Source of the DNA: Lama guanicoe
Taxonomy: Eukaryota
Direction: 5' to 3'
NCBI GenBank assembly: GCA_013239625.1
Contig: MU053379.1
Span: 1,606,974 to 1,655,367, forward strand
Length of the DNA: 48,394 nt
Positions 1 to 11,768 of this stretch are shown piece after piece. The notes below the pieces were generated by a model, which saw only the letters and a list, made by a program, of their open reading frames with translations, ran no database searches and was not told the origin of the DNA. Numbering within the stretch: the stretch's first letter is position 1; every line of letters starts with the position of its first letter. Position numbers and translations under genes: made by a program.

Positions 1-736
1 TCTGTAACATACAGCAGTTAAATGATTACTTACTATGTAAAGCGCTCCAAAGAGCAACCTTAAAAAGCTAAAACAATGCTCCGCAAAAATGAGCATGGCT
101 TAACCACAAAATTACCATGTACTCTGAAGTGTAGCCAAAATACACTCCACTTTATTTCTCTATGCCTGATCTTATTGCTCCTGTGGGGACCCCATGATTT
201 TGTCCTCTCTAGTCGGTGAATCAAGACACTCTGTGGACCAGCACACCGCGTGGTCTCTTTAGGTAGATGCCAGCCTCATCTGGATAAAATGCTTAGGCTT
301 CCTTCCATCCCGGCCCGCTTCCTCCCTCAGGTGCGGCTGGGTGTGTGGGTGAGGTGGTGGCCTGTGTGGCCTCTGATGCTGAGGACAAGCAGAGGATCTG
401 TTTGTTGACTTCTGGATGCTCCCTCGTGTTGCCTCAGTCCTTGGATTGATGACGCTCCAGATGCCACGGGTCCAGTGCCTGCGTCTTCCTTGCCCGCTGG
501 CGTCTGCGGCTCGGGTCTGCACTGATGTCTTGGGTTCCGGTCTCTCTCTTTGGTCAGTGCCTGCAGCCTTTCTGGCTGGCCGGGCCCCACTCCCGCCCCC
601 CCGAGGTCGGCCTGTGTTCTCGAGCCACGTGGCCCATCCCAGAGCCACTTCCCCTGGCCGGAGTGTCCTCCTCGCCCTTCGGCACGCTCCCCAGCTGGCC
701 ACCCGGGTTCCTCTGAGTTCCATCAGTGCCACGTGT

Positions 737-947
737 AAGGTTGACGGGTAAAATTCAGGACGGCCAGTTAAATTCAAATTCCAAATAAACGACAAATAAT
801 GCTTTTTTTCAGTATAAATATGCCCCATATACTGCATGTCTCAAAAACTGTATCGTGCATGGTTGAACTAGAGAATTATTCCTTGTTTATCTGAAATTCA
901 AATGTAACTGGACAGCATATACTTTTATTTGCTAAATCTGTCAACAG
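737..947. mobile_element. MER53-like palindromic hAT MITE
   Basis: Internal inverted arms ccagttaaattcaaattccaaataaac / gtttatctgaaattcaaatgtaactgg and end tttatttgctaaatctgtcaac match the recalled MER53 consensus. Confidence 0.8.
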
Positions 948-1551
948 CAGCCCCATGGGAGCCGAGGGCTGCTTGGGAGCGTTTACCTGCAGCCCTCCCT
1001 TCTCCTGCCTGGCCTTCCTGCCACCGGGCACACTGGGCTGACTTGGTTGTGCCCGCCGCTCCTGGGGCTGAGGGTGAGCGCGAGGCCGTCCCCTTCCACC
1101 GTCTGGAAGGGAAGAAGGTTGATGCTCTGCTGCCTTTGATGTTCCCCCCAATTTACAGATGTGTCTCCACTCCTCCAACCCAGAGCAGTTAAGCTAGGCA
1201 CCCTCCTTTCTCGGCTGACTCCTGGATGTCCTGTCATGTCCTTCTGCATCTCCAAGCTCCTCCAGGCTCCTGAAATGGCAAAGGAGGGAGATGTAGGAGT
1301 TCAGACAGTCCCTTTTTCTCCGCACAACGCCTGCCTTCGGAGACCATCATCTCACTCAAACCTTATTCTGAGTGTCAGAATCAGAGTGTTAACTCTTGGC
1401 ATCACCACTGTGGATAATTCTAAAATGCCTCCTTCGCCCCCAACCCCCAGGGCAGCTGGATTCCTCACGTTGACTAGGGAAGAGTCGGCTAAGGTGTAAT
1501 TTTCAAGATGCTAGAAACATGACAAATATAAAATGAACACGCGCCTGAGAT

Positions 1552-1557
1552 TTTATT
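1552..1557 (-). terminator. Polyadenylation signal AATAAA of the minus-strand gene
   Basis: tttatt on + at 1552-1557, 7 nt past the stop, followed on - by a GT/T-rich tract (gcgtgttcattttatatttgtcatgttt). Confidence 0.65.
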
Positions 1558-1564
1558 TCGCTCC

Positions 1565-1640
1565 TTAAATATTGAAGAAGTCAGTCGGTTGCTGAAACAG
1601 ATTCAAATCAGAATTTGCATTACAGAGTGTTATATTCTCT
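1565..1640 (-). pseudogene. Terminal coding exon: (R)ENITLCNANSDLNLFQQPTDFFNI*
   Basis: Acceptor ttcttttgtcccag|A. The phase-2 start matches the phase-2 end of exon 3993-4048. Stop then AATAAA. Confidence 0.72.
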
Positions 1641-1879
1641 CTGGGACAAAAGAACCACTTACACGGCTGCCACCTGGCTTCAGTCTCGCTGCTGCCCCTG
1701 CCGGGTGTGAAACAGCCCCGCCAGCGCACACTCAGTGAAAGGCGCACGCGTCTGCGGAGCCAGGTGATGCCTGGACGGTCACCTGGCAACACCCAGGTCG
1801 CCAGCGGGGATCTCTCTCGCTCATTCTCAAATCTTGGACATTTTGTTTTTTGAAAAAAATTGCAATATTCTTTTAAAAA

Positions 1880-2205
1880 GTTTAACCTGTTACAGATACT
1901 GAAAGATAAAAAGTTCAAAGAGGAAATATAAATGGCTAACAAATGTGAGACTAAACGCTCAACCTCACCAGCAGAGGGGCGGGACCCGTATCAAAACAAC
2001 GCAAGCCTTTGTATGAGTTACTATTCGGGGTGAGGAAGCAGACGCCCTTGCACCGATGTTGGAAGTATAAACTGGCCACATTTTCTGGAGTCCAAGATGG
2101 TGCTGTCTGTTGAAATTTCAAATGCGAACTTCTTTGGCCCAACAATTTCACTTAAGGTCTAGCTCCTAAGGAAATGTATTCACAAACGTGCAAATGGACA
2201 ATCAT
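1880..2205 (+). mobile_element. Old L1 (L1ME-like) ORF2-end fragment; continues at about 3640-3820
   Basis: Degenerate L1 motifs gttggaagtataaactggccacattttctgga and ggcccaacaatttcactt. Confidence 0.5.
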
Positions 2206-2211
2206 GAAAGC

Positions 2212-3605
2212 ATCATTAATTCATGCACCAAATATTCATAAAGCGCCTACTGTGTGCCGAGTTCAGAGACACTCGTGATAAATCAATGAGCAAGCCAGGC
2301 AAAGATCCCTGCCCTCACGGAGCTTGTGTTCTCGCTGGAGCTCACAGACGGTGAGCAGCGAACCTAGGGAGCATGTCAGTTCTCTAGGACTTTAGACAGC
2401 AGTAAGCACCAGGGGTCACAGGAGAGGAGGACGTTCTCCTTGACACTCTCAGGGCCTGGCTGGGCCTGAAAATTAAACAAAGATTAACAGGACAAAAGCA
2501 TACGCATCTATTTAAAATATATTTTATGTGACACAGGAACCTTCGTAAGGAGATGAAGACCAGAAGGAATAGTTTGAAGACCTGAGCATTTTTATGCTGG
2601 GTTTGGTGAGGACATAGCCCTGCGAGGATGTGACAGGTTAGGGACGGGGAGGAAACTGTAGTAAACTGGGGGGAGCTTAGCAAGGCCCGTTTGTCAGAAT
2701 TCGTCCTGGTCCCCCCTTGTCTTCAGAGATAAGGATACCTTTCCTCTGGGTGTGGGGAGGGCACCTCTCACATGAGGGTTTTATGACCTGTTTCCGGGGA
2801 GAGGGTGGGGAGGAGGTCAGAATGACCCTCTTGCTCCTGCCATTTTCTCAAACGCCTTCAGCTGAAGCCACGCAATGTGCCAAGGTGCCATGTTTGGGGT
2901 TAGTGTGTCCTGAACGCCGCCGGGAGAAGCAGAAGTACTCAGGGCCGGGGGGAGGTGGAAGCGGGGGACAGGGTGGGCCTCACTGAGAAGGCGGGCTTTG
3001 AGCAAAGGCCTGAGGCGGAAAGGGAAGGTGTCGTGTAGGTATGTGCAGGAGCAGCAGGGCGAAGACCTGAGGTGGGTGCGTGCTCAGCATGTCTGACAAA
3101 CAGCAAAGAAGCTGGTGTACTTGGAGCAAGGGATGAGGGGTAGGAAAGGGAGACCGTGGGTAAAGGGGCACCAGCCCGAGGGGCCTTGCTGGACGCTGTA
3201 AGCACTTCGGCTGACTCTGTACATAACAAGGGAGCTTTGCAGGAATTTGAGCAAGGAAGGTTACACCGCCTGAATTTTGTGTTCCCAGAATCCGACGGCG
3301 GCTGTGTAGAGGATATGTGGTCTGGGCCAGGGGACAGAAGCAAGGGCCCCAGGTGGAGGCTGTGTTGCTGCTGGCCTGGACGCAGGCGGCAGCAGGAGGG
3401 CTGAGAGGGGCTCAGGGCCTGCGGTGTCTGCAGACGGAACCCACGTGACTTCCCGACCCTGAACCTGGGATCAAGGCTGACTCCTCAGCTGTCAACCTGG
3501 ATGAGGGACACTGAAGGTGGAGCAGGGTCCTCCCTGGGGCCCCCTGGGGTGAGTGGGGGAAGGCCATCCAGAGTTGAGTTTTGAACATAAGAGGTTAGAG
3601 ATGAA
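2212..3605 (-). mobile_element. L2 LINE 3' portion, interrupted by an LTR at about 2415-2915
   Basis: L2 tail cattaattcatgcaccaaatattcataaagcgcctactgtgtgcc, plus ccctgccctcacggagctt and gagttgagttttgaacat. Confidence 0.7.
2415..2915 (-). mobile_element. ERV1 solo LTR, MER34-like
   Basis: Terminal gccttcagctgaagcc...tgccaaggtgccatgtttgggg is the reverse complement of the MER34-group 5' end. Confidence 0.65.
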
Positions 3606-3992
3606 AGGTTTTTTTTTGTTTTCGTTTTTGTTTTTTTTTTTGGCAATGGCTCAAAGTTGAAAATAACTTAAATACCTCTCTATAGGGGAGTGATTCTGTA
3701 AACTAAGGTACAACAGAATGAAGTGGATCCATGTTTTAGAACAGCAAGATGTCCAAGACCAGGCATTAAAGAAAAAACCATGTACAAAGTACAGTGTGAC
3801 CTCATTTATCTGGCTGCCTCAGTGACAGCAGAATTACAGGTTTCTGCACACACTCTTACCGATGTGGACTAGTATCAGAAGTGATACCCTTTCTACTACA
3901 TGAATTTCTAAAGAAAGTCGACTTTGCTGTATTGCTTATATAATTTTACAAACAGTATAAAGAAAACGAAAGGAAATGATGAGAATTCTTAC

Positions 3993-4048
3993 CTTGCCTT
4001 GGCCCTGGCTTCCTTTTCTGTGAGGTGACCTTTAAGGTCCATCTGCTC
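3993..4048 (-). pseudogene. Exon (56 nt): EQMDLKGHLTEKEARAKA(R)
   Basis: Acceptor gtgcattcctag|GAG, donor AAG|gtaaga, open frame, phase 0 to 2. Confidence 0.72.
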
Positions 4049-4941
4049 CTAGGAATGCACGTTCTGTCATGTTACGTGAACCTGGGTCCTTTTCAATTTG
4101 AAGCCAAGGTGTGTTTATTCTTTTTATAAAGCAGCTTCAATTCTGGCCCAGAAAAGGACAGAATTTGACATTTTCCTCTAATCATGAAGTGAAGGATCCC
4201 TTTGAAGTATGACTAAAATTTGGATGCACATAGGTGTTCAGTTCCATCTCAGATAGAGGCTCAGGTGGACGGCTCCGTGGTGGGCCCCGTCCTAACTGCA
4301 CGGCGGCGTAGGAGAGGGCGAGGCGTGTGACACGTCCAGGCTGGAGACGTGTCATGACTGGGCGGGTGAGCTTCGGGGATGTTAAGAAACATTTCTTTTC
4401 TGCTTTACGTGCTTGATCGACCCTCACGTATATTCCCCAACCAAAGACTCTGCCTCACTCGCTCCCTGACGGTGTCTCCTGCCCCCTTCCTGCTGCCCCT
4501 GACCACTCAGCTCTCCGGCCAGGTGACTCATCCTTCATGCAGGACTGTCACCGGCCAGGGGGACGTGTGAAAAGAGGTTCTGGACAAGCATGACCCTAAA
4601 GGCTAATGTCTTTCCATTCAGTGGCTCAACGCACAGTCAATCCCTGTGGGCAGAGTGTTTCTTTGTGTAAAAAAATAGAATTTATTTTTAAAAAGCTAAG
4701 AATAAATTTAAAAATATTCAATAGCTATGAGCTATTTGAAGCTGTTGACTTCCTCAAACTCCACATGATAATACTTTCATTTCTTTTTGTTTTTTTTATG
4801 ATAAAGAAACCAATTTTTTTTGTACTGATGTACAACAAAGTTTTAAAGGTTCCAAAAAGTATAAAATCGGGTACCACCCAGAGATGATCATTCTTCATAT
4901 TCTGGTGGATTTACTTCCAACCTCCCTCATATATATATATA

Positions 4942-5352
4942 CTGGTAAAGAAAACATTGTTCTGACACTTGTCAAAGCTGTCATACTTTATTCAGGACAA
5001 TTGCAAGAGGTGACAAGACTGTCGCAGTAGGGGAGAGAGACTGGGCTCCACTCCAAGTGCAGCCAGGACAGGTGGGGATTTACAGCCCAGCAAGCAGAGT
5101 GAGAGGGGCCAGTGCGGGGAGAGCTACTAAGAGGGGAAGTCAAGGTGGGGGAGTGGCTCTTGCTAAACTGCCTTAACTGGATTCTCGCTGGAGGCAGGCC
5201 CGCCGACCAGATAGCAAGCCTGGGGGATTCTCTCTAAATGGACTTAGTAGGGTTCTTGCAGGTGAGGACAGGGGCCAAGGCCGAGGCCTAGTGGAGAAAA
5301 GGGCTCGGAGGAGCCTGCGGGAAGTTTGATCAAGGAGAGAGGCTTTGCCAAC
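4942..5352 (-). mobile_element. MER31-like ERV1 solo LTR
   Basis: gaggcctagtggagaaaagggctcggaggagcctg...gtttgatcaaggagagaggctttg matches the reverse of the MER31 5' end; repeated gctaaactg/gattct motifs; ctttatt near the left end. Confidence 0.75.
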
Positions 5353-7049
5353 AAACGGGGACAAGCGAAACCCTCATCTGTTTATGAAAACGTGTGTCTC
5401 TCCTGCCGTCTCTCTGCGCACTGGCCTCCCCAGGAGAAGCGGGAAGGCGGGAGACGAAGGGGCAAGGATGACAGAGCCAGCCAGCGGCCTCGAGGAAGGT
5501 AAAGCAAGCTTGCCCGAAGGGGGTTGTAGCAGAGAAAAAGGTGGGAACCTGGACGTCAGCTATGATTTTCTCATGATACTTCTTGATAGAAAGTGAGGGT
5601 GTGACCGTAGAGGCCAGGGTGGCGGCCAGGGTTCCCCGGGGAAGCACTAACTGACAGGTGGCGGAGGAAGCCGCGCCAGATCAGCACCTAAGTAAGCGCA
5701 TCCCGCATCGGAAACACAGAAGGGCCACTTGGCGCTGGGAGGAAGGGGCCCCGTGTTTAATTCACTGTTCGGGTACCAACCCATGTGCTACCTTGAGCCC
5801 GTCCCTCAGCTTCCCCAGGCTTTGTGTTCCTCATTGGCGGTGAAATCAGGGAGCAGAGCTGGTCCGTCTGGAGCACCTGTGAGCCTGCGCTTCCCTCTCG
5901 TCTTGGACAACCTCGCTCACTGACGGTGTGACGTGCACACCTCTCCTCGAGCAATGGCAGCGTCTGTCTGTCCCTGGAGTCTCTCTGGAGGAGCTCTTCC
6001 TGCTGACTCACACACCAACCTCATGCTGCTGAGACGCAGGGGAGTGACTGCCGGGATGCGCTGGGGTGGTTGGAAGATGTCGGAGTTTGGACCAGGGTGA
6101 ACCCGAGGGAGAGAACATTTTTAATGAGCCTGCGTGGGCAGTGAGGCGGTCTGGCGGTGTGGGCACAGCTTAACGGAGATGCTGCCCCCGCACCCCGCTC
6201 TCTCTGCCTCCCCCCCAGGCCTGCTCCCTGCCGCAGTCGTGCTACTTAATTGCCATCGCTGGTAGAGACGAATGGGAGTCACGCAGCTGGGGAACGAGTG
6301 AAAAGAGCGACTGCATGTGCGTCACCCAGGTTGCCAAACCTGGGTGGGAACTAGGCGGTGTTTTTACGACTCCTGTGCTTTGCGGGGGCTCTAATGTTCC
6401 CCATTGGCAACCATTACGGTGCTTTATATAGAACAGTGAAACAACACGGCACGCTAACCTTTGCAAATGGCAGTCAGACAGCGCCTTCGTGAGCAGGGCC
6501 CTCTGATGCAAACACGGGCAAATGAGACACAGCTTCGGCTCTCTTACCACTGACTACCTGTGCTTTGTGTAGCTTCCCCCCGTGGCCCACGTGACACAGA
6601 CAATGCCAGCTTTTCTCTAGCTCCTCGACATGGGGAGAGGGGGCTGTCACAGGTGGCCTCCGTAGGGCAGGCTGCGGCATCGGATCGGCTCTCGCAGCCC
6701 CCAGGCTGCCCCCGCTCTGGGCCGCGCCATCTCTCCCCCAGCTTGCCGCAGTAGCTTTGTGCTGGGCTCCCCGTGTCTCCAGCTGCCCCACAGTGAGCTC
6801 TCACTCAGCAGCCAGAGAGATGCTTTGACAACTTCAGTTAGACCAGGTCACTGCTCCCCAAAGCCTACCCAGGCTCCCATCTCACTCCGAGCAGAAGACA
6901 GAGGCGTTACAATGCATCCCGCTCCCGGCTCCCGCTCCCTGCAAGGGCCTTTTCACTGGCTGTTCCCTCTGCCAGGAATTCTCTTCACTGGATTTCTGCA
7001 GGACCCCTGCCCTCGCCTCCTCCAGGCTCTTATTCTAGTGCTGTCTTTC

Positions 7050-7705
7050 TGATGCAGGAAAAATGGATGTGGAGTGTGTGGAGGGCTGGCCTGTGTCCCA
7101 GGTCTGGTTTGAGTCCCTGGGATGTGCCCCGCCAAGTGTGGGTCCTTGACTTCGCATAGGAAAGAATTCAAGTGCGAGCCACAGTTGAGTAAAGGTGGAT
7201 TTATTTAGAGAGATACATACTTCTTAGTGTATAAGGCAAGAGAAAGGCAAGGAAAGAGGTGTGGGGCTTGGGTGCTCAGATTAAAGTGAAAGTTGGCACA
7301 CACTCCGTAGACAGAGTGTGGGCCGTCGCCGAAGGGAAGGGAGCGACAAAGGGCCGCCAGGCGTGGTGTTGCCAGTTTTTATGGGCTCAGTACCTTCACA
7401 CGCCTACAGGTGGAGCCATTCCCACTACCCTGGGGAAGGGGCTGGGATTCCCAGGAATTGGGCCACCGCCCATTTTTGGCCTTTTGTGGTCGGCCTTGGG
7501 GCTGTCATGGCACCTGTGGGCATGTTAGTCACCATGCTAATATGTTACAATGAGCGTAGAATGAAGCTCAAGGTCTAGCAGAAGTCAAATCTCCTGCCAT
7601 CTCAATCTTCAAGGCCAACTGGGAGTTGAATCTTCCACCATTTTGGTGGCAGTTGCTGTGTCATTCCTTGAATGGCTGTGCCCTGCCCCCTTCCATGCTG
7701 TCTCA
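7050..7705 (-). mobile_element. Relatively intact ERV1 solo LTR (MER4-group-like)
   Basis: TG...CA termini, imperfect 4-bp TSD tttc/ttta, the motif aggaaagaattcaag..cgagcc with tttatt, and end ctgtctca. Confidence 0.75.
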
Positions 7706-7869
7706 TTTACTGCTTGAGAGATGCAGGTGTATCCTCCACACTCCTTTCCTCTTCCTTAGCACTGAGTTATCAACATCTGACATGCTATTTTTAACTTAAG
7801 GCCAACAAGCCACTGGTCACTGATTATTTTCAAAATCACCAGTGTTGCATACAACATTTAAATAAACAA

Positions 7870-8020
7870 ATTATATTTATATTACATATATACATATATG
7901 ATGTATGTAGCTAGCATATACACACATATCACATCATATATAATATATATTTATATCATATAATTTGTATGTAACTTCTATAAATAGATGTATCAGTATC
8001 ATTATATATATATAATAGAT
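7870..8020. repeat. AT-rich (TA/CA) low-complexity tract
   Basis: tatatttatattacatatatacatatatg... Confidence 0.8.
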
Positions 8021-8309
8021 AATACTTATTCCCATTATTATTTACTGTTCTTCTTCCCCAAGTGAAATAAGCTTCATGAAGATGAGGATGTTGGTTTTGT
8101 TCCCTGTTTCTGGGATTACACACTTTTCATCAGCGTTTCTCACACTTTCACGTGAATGAGAGTCCTCGAGGGGTCGTTCCAAGCTGTGGACTCTGATTTG
8201 GCAGCCTTGGGCTGGGACCTGAGACTTTGCACCCCTAGCAGCCTCGGGGCCCACACCGGGAACGAAGGGCTGGAGTCCATGTGGGTCCCGCCTAGAGGCG
8301 GGGCCACCA

Positions 8310-8510
8310 GTTGTGTTCTTCCCAAAGCTAAGTTCAAAAGCCCAGGGCTGGGCTGACGGTATCAGAATCAGGTCGGAGAGCTTTCAGGACAGATTCGTGG
8401 CTGCCTGCCCCGGAAGCTGTGATTTAGTAAGTCAGAAGCAGGGCTAGGGATCTCGTTCTGTGAAGCTCTCCAGGTGACTGGAACGTGCGCCAGGATGGGT
8501 AACCACTGCT
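8310..8510. mobile_element. MER5-like hAT-Charlie element
   Basis: atcagaatc...aagctctccaggtgact...aaccactg. Confidence 0.55.
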
Positions 8511-8533
8511 GTGAGAAATTAAGAATTTCTTGC

Positions 8534-8662
8534 ATGTGCAAATGTGATTCTGATTTTGCCAAATTGTCGTCTAGTGAGTACAAAATGGAAATTGATGTCT
8601 TGATTGAAAATCAGAAAATTCTTTTTCCTCCTTTGCATCACTTGGTTGGCCTCCAAAAGAAT
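8534..8662 (-). pseudogene. Exon (129 nt): ILLEANQVMQRRKKNFLIFNQDINFHFVLTRRQFGKIRITFAH
   Basis: Long pyrimidine tract ttttccttttttctctattgaaagcattag|ATT. The donor CAT|gcaaga is a GC-type or mutated GT donor. Open frame, phase 0 to 0. Confidence 0.62.
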
Positions 8663-9002
8663 CTAATGCTTTCAATAGAGAAAAAAGGAAAATGTGTATA
8701 ATCAACTCAGAATATCCCCATTTGTCACTTTAAAATTCTATTTAGTGTTATGAAAATAACACAAGCACATGATAAATGATTCAAACAGTCGAGAGACATG
8801 CAGTGAAAACCTAGGTTTTCTTCCATGTGGATTTCCAGTCTCGTTCCTTGGAGGAAATTATTGTCAACTGTTTCTTGTGAACATGTACAAAAATTTTCTA
8901 GACACACACACTTTTTCTTCTTGTTAAAAAAGGGAAAGCTGATCAGAGCTCCTGCCCCAGGCTTTTTCTTGCTGCCGTGGGTCTCGTCAGCCAGGCCCAG
9001 CA

Positions 9003-9372
9003 CGCTGTATTTTCCCAAGATGGCTGCAATTCTAAGACGGCCCTCAGACTGAGGTGTGGGGTTTGTGGTCCTCTCCTTCGAATTCAGGTGGGCTTGTGAT
9101 GTATTGGGAGTGACACTGTGTGACTTCTGAGGCTAGATAAAAAGTGACACAGCTTCCATCCGGTCCTCTCAGGATGCTTGTGTGTGGACCCGGTCGCCAT
9201 GTTGTGGGGAAGTAGAGACACCATGTGGAGAAGACACGTGTAGGTTTTCTTGGCCAACAGCCGTGGTTGAAGTCCCAGCCGACAGCCGGCATCACCCTCA
9301 TGTGGAGGTGAGCGTCAGATGACTCTAGCTTCCAGCCTTCAGGCCACTGCAGCATGAAGCGGAGATGAGCTG
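9003..9372 (+). mobile_element. MLT1 (MaLR) LTR fragment
   Basis: aagatggctgca, gtgacactgtgtgacttctgaggctag, gccatgttgtggggaag and cccagccgacagcc. Confidence 0.7.
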
Positions 9373-9487
9373 CAAGGAAATTGGAGACAAAATTTCCTAC
9401 CCTATTTAAGGGCTGCACAGCAGGAGTTACAGGAGGGTGGTATAAATTGAGTGTCACGGGTAGATGATCTTGAGCTGGTCCCTTTGT

Positions 9488-9905
9488 ACGAGTTACACTA
9501 GGCTAAGCAATGCTGCAGTGACAGACAGATCTTCACGTCTTACAACGTGGTGCCATCAGTGTTTAGTTTTCACTCACGTTACAGACAGCAAAGCTCAGGA
9601 GGCTGTCCTCCCCATCGCGACCCGGGGGTCCCGTTTCCTTCCATGCGGTGGCTTTTCCATCTCCTTGAGCCTCCTTGGAATCTTGTGCTGTGTCCTCTTC
9701 ATTAAGTGGCCTCTCAGCAGAGGAACAGAGCATGGAGGACGGCCCAGGAGGTCACACAGTGTGGCCTTAAATGAGTTCTGTCACTTCTGCCCATGACCCA
9801 CTGGCCAAGACCCAAGCATGTGACCTCTTCTTAATCGCAAAGGAGTCTGGGGGAGGCAGTCGCCTTGACTACCGAGACAGAGCATCCAGCCAGTGTCTGC
9901 CACAC
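9488..9905 (-). mobile_element. MLT1 (K/L-like) LTR
   Basis: atgctgcagtgacagac, cacttctgcccatgacccactggccaaga and end tctgccaca. Confidence 0.6.
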
Positions 9906-10321
9906 AGGGCCCCATTTCCTCTCTGCGGATGGAGGTAACAACAATACTGGCCTCACCAGGGAGCAGTGAGGGTCAAATGTAAGAAGCTGTCTTTATCTCT
10001 GAAGGAGTTGACAGAACCTTACCCATGTTAGGTGTTTCCCAGCAGAGAAAGATACCAGGGATGACGGACACTTGTCACCATCATTCTCGCGTCCCCGTGG
10101 ACAAGGGGCAGTGATTAGCCACTGCCCCTCCCCGAGGCTACTCTCTATACAGCCCCCAGCAACCATTGCCCTCATACCAACAACTGCTGCTCCCCCGTGG
10201 AGAAAGGACGTGCCGCAAAGAGCAGTCCACCCTCGTGCTATTCAAGTTCAAGGAAGGAGGGTCAAGACCGCAGCTGGTCCTTCCCAGGCGACGTTCAAGT
10301 GGGGCACTGAGCAAGACGCAC

Positions 10322-10383
10322 TTGTTCTTTCTGACTTCTGCTCCCGGGGGCTACGGGGCTCTGTTTCCATAGCAGTGTGTAAA
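10322..10383 (-). pseudogene. Exon (62 nt): (I)YTLLWKQSPVAPGSRSQKEQ
   Basis: Very strong acceptor ttaatctttttctggttcttgtttgtgtgcag|TT, donor CAA|gtgcgt. Phase 1 to 0 fits both neighbours. Confidence 0.68.
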
Positions 10384-10959
10384 CTGCACACAAACAAGAA
10401 CCAGAAAAAGATTAAGTTCAAGGAGCAGAAAGCAAAGAATGTCAACTCATCTAGACCCTGGATGTCCACAAGGCTTTCTTGTCCATTCCCCAGTAAGATG
10501 CTGGAACCTGGGGGAGCCCAGTCCTTTCATCTGTACCTGGTATCGGAGCTGCCTAGATCAAGCAGTCGTGGAGAGGGTCCCTTAAGGAAATGCCCTGGAG
10601 GGGGCTTTACAAACCAGTAAGCTGTGCTGGGAGGAGGCGGGCAGTGCTGCTGCTCCTTCTGTTTATTGCTGGAGACGCGCTGGGCAGCGGCCTTACTGTG
10701 CAACTCTAAAAAAATCACAGCCATTTTTCTGATTATCAACTTTCTGTATAAAACTTGGAAAACACAGGAAGGTATAATTATAGCTGCTGTTTGTTGACTG
10801 ATTTCACTGTTCCCCTGAGTCAGCCTCGTGGGATGGGGACCTGCCCTCCCGCTTGCGTAGCAGGCCGCTCTGCCTGTTCGGAGTCAAGGTGGTTACACTG
10901 CGCGCGCTGGCTGTCTGTTTCCAAAGCAAGCTGCTCAGCCGTTTAACAGCGTGTGTCAG

Positions 10960-11400
10960 CGGTCTTAAAAATGTCCACTTCCTTTGGCCCCGTAAACTTC
11001 TTCCTAGAAATATTTCCTGAAGCGATAATCCTAAACACAGCCCAGATTTACGGCCAGTGATCCAAAAGCAAAACAAAACAAAAGGCCATGGCAGGTTTAT
11101 TTATAAAAGTGAGAAGTTGCAAATGTAAATCCCTGTCCTTGGAGTCGTGGTTAAGGAAGTCAGGGAGCATCCATGCAGTGGAGTATTATGTGATCCCTAA
11201 GGAAGCTGTTTATGTTACACTTTTAATGATGTAGGAAATTGTTCATTACATAAATATTCACACAATGGTGAATGCTGTCAGAGTTTTCTCTCAACTGTGC
11301 TCGAAACACATAGAAAAATGACAGGAAAGAAATAGGCCAAAAGGAACTGTATTACTTCTGGATGGTAGGATTATGAGACCCTTCTTTTCTGTGTGTCTTC
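10960..11400 (+). mobile_element. Old L1 (L1ME/MC) 3' fragment
   Basis: ctagaaatatttcctgaag, catccatgcagtggagtattatg and ggatggtaggattatg. Confidence 0.55.
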
Positions 11401-11561
11401 CCCCGTCACACCCAGACCCCCACCCCTGCTTTTCTGTAGTATGTAGTGACTTTTAGAAACTTTAAAGTTTCTACATGGAAAAAATAAAATTCTGAACAAA
11501 GTTTTCAAAATCCTGTAAATCTCCTCCCAGACCGACGTTTCCTAGCTGAACTTCGTCTCAC

Positions 11562-11768
11562 TTGTTTCCAGTTTCATTGCTTTTCCTGATAAATGCTGTG
11601 TTGCCATTGGTGCTGGAAGCACTGGGTAGAATTCAGTCCAAAAGATGTAGAAACTGGGGCCATCCGCTCACCAAGACGTCACCTGCCAAGAGCTGCGCGT
11701 ATGAAATTTCCACCTTCAGGCGCAGGTCAGAAAGCGCAATCAAATGCTTTTCATAACATCAAGCGTAT
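11562..11768 (-). pseudogene. Exon (207 nt) with a stop and probable frameshift: (E)YA*CYEKHLIALSDLRLKVEISYAQLLAGDVLVS / ADGPSFYIFWTEFYPVLPAPMATQHLSGKAMKLET
   Basis: Acceptor cttatttgccaaag|A, donor CAA|gtgaga. The 5' half is in frame with exon 14227-14341 and the 3' half with exon 10322-10383, implying a frame switch near 11670. Confidence 0.6.

Larger units (their letters stand above)
6800..8110 (+). mobile_element. Fragmented L2, interrupted by an LTR (7050-7705) and an AT-rich tract
   Basis: L2 motifs cagcagccagagagatgcttt, ctgttccctctgccaggaa and taagcttcatgaagatgagga. Confidence 0.55.

Noticed and set aside
1..245. Possible LTR end (finishes in ...gaccagcaca)
   Set aside because: Truncated by the window edge, and I cannot assign a family or orientation.
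259..837. 192-aa minus-strand ORF
   Set aside because: It starts inside a MER53 element and runs through GC-rich sequence beyond the poly(A) site; composition is not convincing.
10072..10620. 182-aa plus-strand ORF
   Set aside because: It is antisense to a well-supported minus-strand exon; its K/N-rich stretch is the complement of that exon's pyrimidine tract.
10322..11768. Family assignment of the hidden protein (F-BAR-like LRLKVEISYAQLL; Mab-21-like KLETIYTLLW)
   Set aside because: The resemblances are short and weak; no gene symbol or domain can be supported without a profile search.
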